A stretch of DNA of 61,171 bases from Octopus bimaculoides (lineage: Eukaryota), in the NCBI RefSeq assembly GCF_001194135.2, contig NC_068989.1, positions 59,728,871-59,790,041 of the forward strand, in the 5' to 3' direction. Position 1 is the stretch's first letter; the number at the start of each line of letters is the position of its first letter. Shown here one piece after another: positions 46,291 through 59,200 of this stretch. Below the pieces are notes generated by a model that did not search any database, had not been told where the DNA came from, and worked only from the letters and a program-made list of their open reading frames with translations. Both the position numbers and the translations under genes were made by a program.

Positions 46291-47339
46291 GACAAAATAT
46301 TTTGCGAAAGGGAAGGTATTGGAGGAGGTGACCTTGTGTCAAATGGTGAGAGGTTATAGTGAGACAGAGAGGCAGAAACAGGTGTCTTGCAGTAGAGGAG
46401 GTACAAAGTTACCTGGCCAGAGAGAGAGAGATCAAGAATGAAGACCGAAACAGGTGTGCTGCCGCAAAGGAGATACATGGTTACCCAACCTGAGAGAAGT
46501 GCAGGAGAAAGAGAGAGAGAGTGAGACCGCAGGATGGAGATGGTAGTAAAGTGCTGGGCATACTCACGAGGACAGAGATCAGAATATAAATGGGATGGTT
46601 GAGTAAAGGAAGAGAGAGATATAGATGGTGGTAAGTGCCAGGGCATACCCTTGAGGTTCAAAGGTCATAATATAAGTGGCAGGATACATTTGCACTTTGT
46701 TGAACATGCACACTGATGTTGCACATCCAACAGAGCATACTGCCTTCATTTCTCTCCAGTCTATGCATGTCTTCTGCATTCAGAACCCATGTCTCACTGG
46801 CATGGAGTATAGCCGTTCACACACAAGATCATACAGTCTACCTTTCACTCTGAGAGAGAGTCCTTTTGTTGCCAATGGAGGTAATAGCTCTCTGAACTTC
46901 CTCCACCCTATTCTTATTCTAGAAACAATACTTTCTGAACATCCTCCACCATCACTGATTTGGTCACCGAGGTAGCAGAAACCTCAAGAGAGCCTCTGGG
47001 CATTTGAGAGAATCTAAGACCCATGTGCTCTTAGTGCTTATTGTTCCTGCACATCTGCCACATACAGAGATGACTTTATCTGTTAATCTACCTGTGATTC
47101 CACTGCACCTCTTATGTATCCATAGTTTACACTGGATGCAGCGAATGGAATTTCTTCCAATTCCTTTCTTACATATTGAGCAGGGCCATTTACCTGACGG
47201 AAAGAGAGTTTTATCTTCTTTCTTACTAACAACAACTTTGGTTTTTGCTAGGTTAACTTTAAGGCCTTTTGATTCCAGGTTTTGTTTCTATACCTGGAAC
47301 TTTTTTATGCGTGTGTGTGTGTGTCACTTGATCACGTGA

Positions 47340-47595
47340 CCCACCAGATTATCAAAAGCTGTTACACCTTGCTGGCCACAATGCGCTATGCATTGTTTTA
47401 GCATTCAAATGATGCCACCCTGCTGGCTAGGCAAGCAGGCCAACATCCCCCAACCCTGATCAAAAGACAGGGGGACTGGAGCAATGTGAAATGAAGTGCT
47501 TTGCTGAAGAATACAATGCACTGCCCAATTTGAGAATCGAACCCATGACCTGGCAATCATGAGTGCAACAGACTAACCACTAGGCCATGTGTCTT
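47340..47595 (-). mobile_element. tRNA-derived SINE (V/Meta-like body)
   Basis: Minus strand TGGCCTAGTGGTTAG...GGTTCGATTC A/B boxes, then gcattgtattcttcagcaaagcacttcatttcacattgctccagtc. Confidence 0.75.
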
Positions 47596-47789
47596 AACTG
47601 ATATATAAATATATATATATGTGTGTGTGTGTATATATGTATATATGTGTGTGTGTGTATACGTATGTATTTGTGTGTAATGTAAGTATCTATGTATAGA
47701 TAAGTATTCCTAAGGCAGTTAAGTCAGGGAGTGATAGTGGAGAGGGTAAGCTTTCATTACTAAGAAACGTTTCTTGCGATAAGCATCTG

Positions 47790-49250
47790 AAACAGCTTCT
47801 AACAACCAAGTTCAATTCTAGTTTTTTTCATACAACTTAGCCTCTAAATCCAGCAGAACTGCATGTACCAACAGGAGAAGGGTTAAAGGTGGGTGCTGGT
47901 GCCTTAAAGCTAGTGCTTCAAATAGCCAGAACTCATCAACCTGAGAAAATAGTTCATCAAAGAGAGAGGAAGAACTCTTGAGTTCAAATCTCTGCTGCCT
48001 TGCAGCTATACCCATTGATGTCAGTATGGCACAACAGCCAAACAAAGCAGTAGAGTTCATAAAGTTACTAGAGGATGCCATCCCTGCAGACCCACCAGAA
48101 AGAAATAAACAGATGAGATTGAATTCTATTGGAGACACCATCCACAGTAACGTATTGAACGTCTGCTTAGAAACAATTCGAAGCAAGTTCAAGTAGGCTA
48201 TTCACTGTTATTGAGGTAAAGTATGATGCACTACTTAAATGCTATCCTGCCCAAGCAGCCTGGCATGCACTAAGAACAGCAAAATGCAAGGCCCAGAAAA
48301 CAGCCAGATGCAGTGCAAGGCTACAACTTTGCAAAGGTATACAATCATCATGTGACACAGGTGATATTTATGGAGTGTATGAGGGGTTCAGCATAACCAT
48401 GAACAAGATAGTACCACTGAAAACACATAACAGGTGAGACCATCAAAGACAAAGGCAAGCAGATGGGAAGATGAATAGAGCATTAATCTGAACTCCATGG
48501 AAAATATCATCTTGAGCAGTGTGCAAGAGACTGTAGGATGCCTGGCAGTGATGGATGAAATAGATACACTGCCAATTGCTGAAGAACTGAGTAAGGCTAT
48601 CCCCATTGTCTTCACACAGGCAAGGCACCAAGATTAGAGGTCATCATGTGTGCAAAGAAATGATGTTGCCAAACTTATACAAATTACTGTGCCAGTGCTG
48701 GAAAGAAGGAGCAATGCTGTAGAACTTGAGAGACTGCAATATTGTTACTCTCTACAAGAATAAAAAGGATAGAAGCAACTGCAACAGTTACAAAGGTATC
48801 TCCTTGCAGAGCACCACTGGGAAGCTCTGCACTCATGTAGTTCTACACAGGCTGCAGAAAATCACTGAAAGAATATACCCTCGGTCTCATTGCAACTTCA
48901 GGCCAAAACACTCTACAATTAACATTAACCTACCTTTCTCAACAACTACAGGAAAAGTGCAGAAAGCAAAGACACCACTCTACATCACTTTCATTGCTTT
49001 GCAAAGGTCTTGAACCTGTAAGTGGAGTCAGCCTGTTCAAAATCCTTGCTCAAATTGGGTACCTCTGAAATCATTCAAGACTGTTCAGTCATGCAACACA
49101 GATATGAAAGGCATCATTCAGTCTGATGTCTCTTCCTTGGAATCCTTCAACATTAATAGGATAGTGAAACAGGGCTGTCTGCTTGCCCTCACCCTTTTCT
49201 TCACTGTCACACTGAAGTATACCTCTGAAACATCACAAAGTCAAAAGGAA
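47790..49250 (+). mobile_element. Decayed RTE-BovB-like LINE (RT N-terminal half)
   Basis: LRDCNIVTLYKNKKDRSNCNSYKGISL...KL; VKQGCLLALTLF; multiple stops and frameshifts. Confidence 0.85.
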
Positions 49251-49634
49251 AACTGCACAGCCTCTGTGTGTGTGTATATATATATATATGTATGTGTGTG
49301 TGCATGCACACACACGTGTGTGTGTATATATATATATATATCTGAAATCAGCAAAGTTTGTGTTATACAAATATAGGTAATGGTAAACAGTGATGTGTTT
49401 ACTTCTACTAAATTAATGGCACATTACCATTGTTTTAACATTTACTTTCCATGCTTGCAAGGATTAGACAAAACATTTTACCAAATCCACTCACAAGGCT
49501 TTTGTCAGCTAGGAGCTGCAGTAGAAGACACTTGCCCAACATACCATACACACAGGAGCTAAATCAAAAGCTATGCAGTTAGGAGGAAGCAAACTTCTTA
49601 ACCACACACACACAAACACATATATTTATATGGT

Positions 49635-50460
49635 ACATGGGCTGGTAACCCGCATCGTAAATCAAGTAATACAGGAGGGTGTAATATCCAATGACTGTCA
49701 TAGCAGCCGTATCATCAACTGTTACAAGGACAAAGGCTACACATTAGAAATGTGGGGAATCTATAGAGGTATTAAATTGTCAGTACAAGTTATGCAAATT
49801 GTAGAAAACATTATAGCACAATTGATTAGAGAGAGAGGTAACACAAATGCTATGCAGCTTGGTTCTGAGCCAGGGAGAAGTACTACTGATGCCATTTTCC
49901 TAATGAAACAATTGCAGATGTATCAAGCCATGAATAAACACCAATTCCTGGATTTTGTTGATCTAGAGAAAGCCTTTAATAAAGTACCCTATTGTGATCT
50001 GGTAGTCTTTGAGGAAACCTGGAATGGGTGAAATGCTTGTGAAAGCTCTGTACAGGCCATGTACAAAGGTAGTCAATAGGGTAAGGGTTAGTGATAAATA
50101 TAGCAATGAATTCAGCCCCCTTCTGTTGATTATAGAGTTCTAAGCCATAGTAGAGGAGTTTTATGACCAGCTGCCTATAAGAGCTTCTTAATGTTGATAA
50201 CCATATAGCTGAATATGTACTAGAATTAGGAAAGAAATTCCAAGTATGGAGACAAAACTAGGAATCAAGGAGCCACAATGTGAATCTAGCAATGACAGGA
50301 CCCTGCTTCCATCAGGAAAATGGCCATGCTTGATACGTTGAAAAGGTACACCCAGTATAAAATGTGCCTTCCTCAGGTGAAGACTAGTTCGGTTCACACT
50401 CAGATGAAGCATACAGGCAAAGGAGTGAAACACTTGTGACCCTGTGATATTTGCTGACAA
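49635..50460 (+). mobile_element. Decayed RTE LINE RT fragment
   Basis: INCYKDKG...YRGIKL...GRSTTDAIF...FVDLEKAFNKVP. Confidence 0.85.
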
Positions 50461-52799
50461 TATGGAAGGGTTTCTAACATTACAATGGATTTAGAAGAGC
50501 TTGCAAAACCTCTGAATAGCTCCTGCAGTTTTTGCATAGGACAAAGTATCTCTGATGTTTATTTCATCTTTATATGCACTTAATTTAATTTTTGTTAAAG
50601 ACGTGCATGAGATATTTCAAGTCATGAAGCTGGGAGTTGAGTTCATTTCAAGTAAATAAAGTTGGTATCACAGACAGACAACTGCAAGGGGAAAATCAGG
50701 ATAACAATTTAACTTCAAAATGGTTATAATTAGTGAAATGAGTTTAATGTGTAATGGCAAAAGTGCTGTAAATTGCATTATAAATAAAAGCATTGAGTTT
50801 GAGCCCTGCCTAAGACAACTGGAGACTGGACTAATAAAAATAACAAAAAAGAATTAAATTTATACAAAAGAGACGTTTAATAATTTGAGAATACTTTAAC
50901 GAAAGCTCATCTCAAATCCAAACAACAAATTAGTAGCAAAGAATAAAAGAAAAAAACAGAAGCATCTAAAAGAATTTATAAATAAATAGTTGATGTCATC
51001 AATACTTGCACTGCAAAGAGCACTATTCGAAAATACTGGATGATGATTTCAATCATAGTTATTTTCACTATGTAATTATTTCAGCTAATTCTTCCAAATA
51101 CTAGCTGATCAATTCTTGACTACAACATCATTAAACATAATTACTTTAGTGAAGAGGCCATGTTAACAAGTGTTTGTCTGTGTATCTTTTATATTATATA
51201 CTACAGGGACTATTAACAGTGATTCACTTCAGATAGAGTCACAATCTGTGAAGACGAAGGAACATTTGATTTGAATTTCGTTAGCGATTTCAGTTTTGTA
51301 CTTAAAAGCAGAGGATGACACTGCAGTCATTAAGTGACAGGAATGAAACAGAAAAAAAAAAACATAGCTTTCTAATTTTAAAACTATTATAATACACTAA
51401 TCTTCAACATTAACTGCACCACAACAGCAGCTATCACTTTCAACCAAACACTTCCTCCCGCGAGCTTTCTTTCTTGAACCTAGCAATTAAAAACGTATAC
51501 TATAATGGCCCTCAAATTGTCAGTTTCGTCTCACCACGCACCCAGCTTTTCTTATGTTATGAACCACACTATAATATCCTGGACTTTGTTATGATAATGC
51601 TTTCTTCAGAACTCTTTTGCTACGTCTGCCCTTCCATCAAGCATATAACACCTAAATTACTTGGGCAATAATGAATGTCTAGCAATTTGATAATGTCAAT
51701 ATTATATAATATGTCTTCATTTTAATGCGAATATCAAAAGCTTTGTTTCTTAATTTTCAATTTGGCATAACATTCTCCAATCTATCTGTTAATGTTCTTT
51801 TTTGTTTTGTTTTTTTTTTCTCTCCATTATCAGATGACTTTTTTCTTCTAGTAATCTAATCTGAAGCACTACGTCTTCGTACCTCGAGACTAAATTTATT
51901 TAGTATTCGTTTATTTTCATTTACTTTAATTTTCCCCTTCATTTGTATTTCTTCGTTTCGTATAGCTATGTAAAATCAGTTAGAATATACATAGGAAGGA
52001 CTGAAAATGAGATAGTATTTCGGATATTAACCTTTGATATTTTGGGTGGGGGTCAAATTTATCAAATGCTAAATTACTAGGGTCGCAGAAATAAAAAAGT
52101 TAAATTACTTCTAGATTAAGGTCGACGAAATACATACAAAAGATGTCCTTATATAATCTAAAACAAAATATATTTCTATTCTACTCCTTCCAACGTAATT
52201 TCAACACAATCCAGTCCTTTGATATATATCGAAAACAAACCAACATATGTAGTAGTAATAGTAGTAGACAGAAAATAACGAAATGATGCTTTAGAGAAAT
52301 ACTCTTAATGATGATGATGTAAGTGTTGTGGATTGAAATGTTTGTGTGCTTTCTTTCCTGTTATGCCATGAATAATGGAATTAAAAGAACCCTGGCTTTC
52401 AGAACAGTTTGTATGAAAAACAAAACAAGGTTAAATAGTATCAGTGAATAGTGCCAGCAGCTGGTACAATGAGATGTTCTTATTTCTGTCCAAAATTTAA
52501 AAACAAAAAGAAAGAGTAAACAAAAAGACTATTAGTAAACAAAAAGACTATTAGTAAACAGTAATACAAGTAAACAACACGCAAAAGACTTTCGTACAAA
52601 TTTCAGGTGAATGACACTTAAAAAATAATCATAATAATAAATCTATGAAACAAAGCGTAATTAATCGTCCACGATGATTTAAATGAAAATCAAGAATCTC
52701 AATAATGGTATATTTTAGTCGAAAGCTTGGAACATTATTTCCAGATTATTGTTGTTACACAACCATTGCTCATTAAAAAGAGAAAATTCAATCACTTAC

Positions 52800-52900
52800 C
52801 TTTGATTTCAAGGATAACAATATAAAATAATAACGTTGGTTTATTGCGAGTGTTGATCACAACTCAGTTTGGCCATACGAAATGGTTTATAAAAGAAAAC
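52800..52900 (-). other. ATG9: Candidate ATG9 5' UTR exon
   Basis: Consensus minus-strand donor AAAG|GTAAGT at 52799; upstream boundary unknown. Confidence 0.3.
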
Positions 52901-53941
52901 TGGTTCCCTTCATCCAAGCATCCCAATAAAAATCACAGAAATATCTAACAACTTTCTGGTAATAAAAAGAATATTTCAGGCTGATATTTTGGTAACATAA
53001 TTAATGAGATAAAACAGGTTTAGTCAAAGTTTGAGTCAGTGCTATATATGATGAAGTCTGTGGAAGGCAAACCAAAAACAATATCTCCCATTTCGACATG
53101 GTCTTAATTAGTTTTTATTTGGTCCAAGTGCGCCCTCATTGCAAATAGCTAACTTACAATATAGTAAGTAATAGACTGAAGTTTCAGTTGGGTGTGAGTA
53201 ATACACTGATTCTTGAAAAATTACCAGTCAAGTGAGGGTTGACTTATGAATAATAATGGAATATTGACATTTGTTATTTTTTTTGTTTGTTTCCTCATTC
53301 GTAATACTTTCTGCTGAATTGCTACCCACAAAAAATATTATTTAAATGTTTCTTTATATTGAAAATAATTTATTTCAAAGTGATTTAATACAGGCTTTAA
53401 TTAATATCCTAAGTAAATTAAGTAATTATTACATGAAATATTTGCTTAGAAAAATATTATTATCTAATTATTACTTCATTAAACGGAAGTTGTATTCACC
53501 TCAGAATAGTTATTTCCTTTTGAATAATTCTTCGTCATTTATTGTGAAATAAAGATGTTATTCTCCTGATCTTTCATAAAATACTTGCGAAATAATTCTT
53601 CAAAAACTATTCATTCTTACGTTTCTTGAGATTATGAACCAAGGAAATGTTCCCCTTAACTAAAACAAAAAAAAGTTATTTAAAGAATGGTCGAAAACAT
53701 GTTCATTTTAAATAAAATAACTAATTTTCTTTAAATTATAGAAAATAATTTCTGATATTTTCGGTACGAACGAAATAGCAGTCCTACATAAGTTGAATTT
53801 TCTCCGTTTAGCCGGGATTTTAAACTTTTTTTTTACCTCTCGCACTTCAAAATATTGGGGAGAAAGATTTTCCTTGGGAAAATATTTAATCTACAATTCT
53901 TTGAATGTTGTCCCCGCCCCGCGCGGTGAAATCCAACTTAC

Positions 53942-54050
53942 GTAGGGCAGCTATTACGAAAGACTGCTGAAAGCACAAAGTGATTCTCACGGCACATACT
54001 TTTTACCCTTTTCTTATCGACGCAGTCCGAAACAAGATTCTTCTGACTAA
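53942..54050 (-). other. ATG9: Candidate non-coding first exon of ATG9
   Basis: Minus-strand donor CTAC|GTAAGT at 53941 in CpG-rich sequence; 5' boundary is a guess. Confidence 0.35.
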
Positions 54051-54661
54051 TTTTGAGGAATTATTTTTGAGTATAGATAAATATGATATATTTGATTAGG
54101 GAAGTCATACCTAAAATCCAGATTATAGGTCTGGAATCCTATACACATATTTTGGTGTTTTTAACTGCTCGTTATTTGGATATGAGAATAGCTTAGTTAT
54201 TTAAGTTATATAATCACTCGATTAATAAAAAGGTCTAGTAAATATCTTAACTGTGTTACTTTAAAAGAGACTAAAATATCTTTTTACAACATAAAATTGA
54301 CCTTTAACTTAATTTTATTCAACTTTCTACATAATAAATATTGAATATCGCTGAAGAAATTTACAAAATAAAATATTTGTAAACATTGACATAAAATATA
54401 ATAATTAAAACAACATAGAAGTGTATTTTGTATATGTTCATTTGGTAAAATACAATATGTAATTTTTAATATTTTATGATTCCCCAAGCAAAATGAGTGA
54501 GCGAACGACGTAATAGAGGTTAAATCAAATAGAAACGAGAATTTTCACTGCGGACTTGCTATTCCTTCCTACTCCTGTCACGCTACTTTAATAGAATGTA
54601 ATGGAAGTATTAACTGCGGACTTAGGACTTCCGCTAAATCTTGTTTTGCCCTTTTTATAGA

Positions 54662-54685
54662 ATGCATACACTTAGTGCACAGCAG
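54662..54685 (+). CDS. CNOT9: CNOT9 first coding exon (MHTLSAQQ)
   Basis: ATG at 54662, 8 codons, CAG|GTAAAT phase-0 donor, in frame with 58531; resembles human MHSLATAA. Confidence 0.75.
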
Positions 54686-55803
54686 GTAAATATGTCCTTT
54701 TTGTTTATTTAAAATAACACAAAACTAACTGCTTTATTTAATTTCTATAAATTATAATCCATAATTTAACAGCATAAAAATAACAGATCCAAAGTAGAAA
54801 TGCGTGAACCAATAAATGTTGCTCATAAAATGAATAAATTATAGTGAAAGGAAAGTATTTAAAATCGAAACTGTTAGAAAGTTCTCATTTCGTTTTGACG
54901 CAGTCAGATCGTAGCTTCCCACTTTGTGTGACACTGTCTTCTTGGCTCAGTCAGAAATAACTTGCTCAGATTTTTTCTTCTTCTTGTTTGTTACCGCAAA
55001 ATTTCCTGTTTTATTCTGTTTTTCAACAATTCTTATGGACATGCGTTTCTTACCTCCTCGGCCCTATTTAACTGATAATGTATATTCACAGGTAATAAAT
55101 ATGTTTATATATTCTGCTCCACTAACAACGATTCTAAATAACCGACTGAATTGAAATTGGTAACTTTACATAAATTCTTGCATCTTAAAATTTCTTTAAC
55201 TCTTGACATATAAATAGGTTTCGGCTATTTTTCTCTTTTTCCATCACGTACCCTGACAGTATATTCAGAAATACTGTGGCCACACCCAATCCTTCTTTAA
55301 GGGTCATAGTTCTATACTAAAGACTGGTATTTTTATAATTTGTTAATAAAAGATCAAGACAATATAAATTTATATCTTATTTTTATCAACAAACGAACAG
55401 GATTATTTTCATGTAAATAATCATGTTTATTATTTCATTTGAGATTCTAATGAAAAAAAGTAAACTAACTAAATTCTAGTCCAAACGATGTTTGATGCTC
55501 ATGTCAAAACGAGTTACAATGTTATTTATTCCAGAAAATTCGTCAACATGACATCCTTTAAAAACTCGATTTGTTGCTTTATATATACTTGTGGATATTC
55601 AATATTAAAATAAAAACATTAAGTTCACCTTTATTTATTTGCACAATTCCATCTCATCTTTTCAAATTCAATTTATTATTTTTAACAATTTTCCAAATTG
55701 GGAAGTCTTCGCAATTTTCTATTAGTTAAAACGAAGTTGTCTGCACTTTATTGTATTCTCAATTTCCTAAGAATGGTTCTAGTACGCGGTTATGTGTGTA
55801 TGC

Positions 55804-55844
<41 letters not shown>

Positions 55845-56178
55845 GGTTCGATAAATACCACACAAGTGAAATATGCCGAAGTTCTCTGCAGTAGACTAAT
55901 CTTTGTAACTAGTTGAAGATCTTCATTGTCCATTGAAAATTGGTAGTCACAGTACTAGGGCATCATTCTGCATCCTATGATATGATGTTTGGTGTCTTAC
56001 AAGGATTTGTTGTTTGTCCCCTGTTTTTTGTTGCATATATTAACGAAATAGATACCCGCTTCAATCATGTTTACTTAGTTTAACTACAAAGACGACATAC
56101 CCACTCATAGCTCCCCCGTGCCTGCCATGTACATGTGCGGATGAGTGCAAGAGTCTGTGGACGAGCGATGTCGAGAAG

Positions 56179-56221
<43 letters not shown>

Positions 56222-59200
56222 NNNNNNNNNNNNNNNNNNNNNNNNNNNNNNNNNNNNNNNNNNNNNNNNNNNNNNNNNNNNNNNNNNNNNNNNNNNNNNN
56301 NNNNNNNNNNNNNNNNNNNNNNNNNNNNNNNNNNNNNNNNNNNNNNNNNNNNNNNNNNNNNNNNNNNNNNNNNNNNNNNNNNNNNNNNNNNNNNNNNNNN
56401 NNNNNNNNNNNNNNNNNNNNNNNNNNNNNNNNNNNNNNNNNNNNNNNNNNNNNNNNNNNNNNNNNNNNNNNNNNNNNNNNNNNNNNNNNNNNNNNNNNNN
56501 NNNNNNNNNNNNNNNNNNNNNNNNNNNNNNNNNNNNNNNNNNNNNNNNNNNNNNNNNNNNNNNNNNNNNNNNNNNNNNNNNNNNNNNNNNNNNNNNNNNN
56601 NNNNNNNNNNNNNNNNNNNNNNNNNNNNNNNNNNNNNNNNNNNNNNNNNNNNNNNNNNNNNNNNNNNNNNNNNNNNNNNNNNNNNNNNNNNNNNNNNNNN
56701 NNNNNNNNNNNNNNNNNNNNNNNNNNNNNNNNNNNNNNNNNNNNNNNNNNNNNNNNNNNNNNNNNNNNNNNTATATATATATATGGGGATGTATATGAGT
56801 GTACTTGCATATAGGTATTGGTATGTATGACTCATCATTTATCATCTGTTTTCCATGCTGGCTTGGGTTGGATGGTTTGACAAGATCCAGCCAACAGCAG
56901 ACCTGCACTGAGTTCTAGTGTCAGCTTTTGTATCGTTTCTAATGCCAACCACTTTACAAGTTGTACTGGGTGCTTTCTCTTTTTTGTTTTGTGCCACCGT
57001 CTCTATTGAGGTTGCCAAGTAACATGCACAAATAGGGAGAAAGGTAAAGGGGGAAAAAACTTCCACGACGAAATGGGCGTGGTGGCTTTGTAAGTATTGA
57101 AAGGCTCTAATATGACTGAGAGACAAGCATAGGTATCTTGCTAAAGAGGAGATATGTAACTACCACACATTCAGAAGTGGGTGGGAATAGTTGACAAGGA
57201 GATAAAAGAATTTAGTTTTGGAGTGCCAGAGTAAACTTTCAAAGTACAGGAAGGTGAACATAGAAGAGAATATAGACAGTGGGTCGTGAGAAGGGTGAAC
57301 AGATATTTTTATTAGTGTCAGTGGGAAGTAAAAGATAGAATTTGTGGTAGAAAAGATACAGTTGATTAGAAATGTCAGAATGGAGTGGGGTTAAGGTGAG
57401 AGATAGTGGTGCCTCAAGAAGGTAGATCAGAAGGATGATGAGTAAAGTGTAAGAGCAGTGGGGAGGGGGATATGGAGGAGTACTTAAAGGTGGCTATAGT
57501 GGACGGGGCATAATGGTATGTATGAGAGGGTGCAGAAACTGAAAGTAGATATGGCAGAGGAGAGAAAATTGAAGGCACAGAAGGAGGTAACTGGTAGTGC
57601 AGAGAAAATGGGGAGGAGTAACATGTGACTTGCCCAAGCACCTTAGAAGAGTGATGGAGGGCTGGATGTTAGAGGAATGAGATGTGAAGAATGCTTGACA
57701 AGACAATGGGTTACAAACAAGCAAAATGCTTTTATGAATGTATATGTAGATAATGGTATATGATGAATGCATATATAGATATTGATATGTATGAGTGTGT
57801 GTACAAAGATGTGGGTATATATGAATCCACAAGTGTCTTATTTCTGATTATAATTCATAATCATTTTTTTTTTTACATAAAAAAATGTCTGCACCCTTTC
57901 TAGGGTCAATTCTCATATCATATGGCCATTGAAATATGAGGCCAGTGACATTTTCTAACTAGAAAAATCAATGTGCACAATGTAGATCTTCACTTGTGTT
58001 TATATCCACACCACAATCATGACGAAATCATATACAGTGGAGAAAGCCAAGATTTGACAGAAAAGTAACTGTGTTTTGTGTGTTTACTGCTAGTTATTTT
58101 CTCATCCTTTAACATTCAACATGTCATCATTATTTAATGGTCATTTCCCATGCTGGCATAAGTTGGATGGCCTTACAGGATCCGAGAAGTCCAAAGACTG
58201 CTTTGTGCTCCATTGTCTAGTTAGACATGGTTTTTACAGCTGAATGGCCTTTCTAAGGCGAAACACATTACTGCATGTCCTGGCTGCTTTTTTCATGTCG
58301 CCAGCACTAGTGAGGTCACCATGCAGCTTGCAAAGCTCTGAACCCCAAGAGAGGTAGCTTTATGCTAGATGATGGGATTAAAATATGAAAGAAATGAGCA
58401 GAAGAGAACAGGTTTCTTACAGAATTGGGGCAAGGTGGTGAGGGGAAAAATAGGAGTAGAACTGATAATTCTATACTTCTCAGTATATTTCACATATTTG
58501 TGTTTAATTTTTTTAACATTACTTTTCTAGCCACGCATGATGAATCCACAACAAGGTACTACTTGTTCTAGCATGATTACCGTTGATAGGGATAAAATTT
58601 ATCAGTGGATTATTGAACTCACTAATCCAGACACACGAGAAAACGCCCTTCTTGAATTAAGGTAGGTTTCTTTATCTTTGTTTTGTAAAATTTCTTAAAG
58701 CTAATGCTTCAAATTTTAAATCTTATCTTTACTACGCATGTGTATCAATTGTTTGATAGAGACTATTGCCTCCAAATTTTATTTTCCTAGTTTTACAACT
58801 GTAAAGTTATTCCTCTCTTGTTCTCAGAATACAATTCTTGGATGCTATCACCCCAATGTAATCATTATCATCTTATTCTAATGTAGATGTTTTTCTTATT
58901 CTAACATTGATTCCAGTTGTCAATGTCTTTGAATAACTTTAAACTCTGGTGATATTGCCCTAGGAAGCAAACATCTTTTTTGGTTACCTGTATTCATGCA
59001 TATGCTGAAGATGACCAAAATGGTTTAGATTTCTTCTGCTAATATCACTTTAAAGCAGCAATTTTGATTTAAAATAATCATTTCTTGTTACAAAATTCCT
59101 TCAGTTTGATTTGGCTTCGAAGATGATAGGAAAACTAAATATCAATGGTTGAAGTAAAATTATTTGACATGGTTTCATGCTATACTACTTAACACTGGTT

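Larger units (their letters stand above)
53750..55100. promoter_or_regulatory. Putative bidirectional promoter region ATG9/CNOT9
   Basis: Locally CpG-rich unique sequence; GC box CCCCGCCCC 53912-53920; ETS-like ACTTCCGC 54627-54634; ACTGCGGACTT twice (54547, 54613); Inr-like TCAGT near 54946; outward-facing donors. Confidence 0.55.

Noticed and set aside
43850-53700. Possible additional gene between ATG9 and CNOT9
   Set aside because: The recognisable ORFs there are decayed RTE RT fragments; no host-gene exon chain found.
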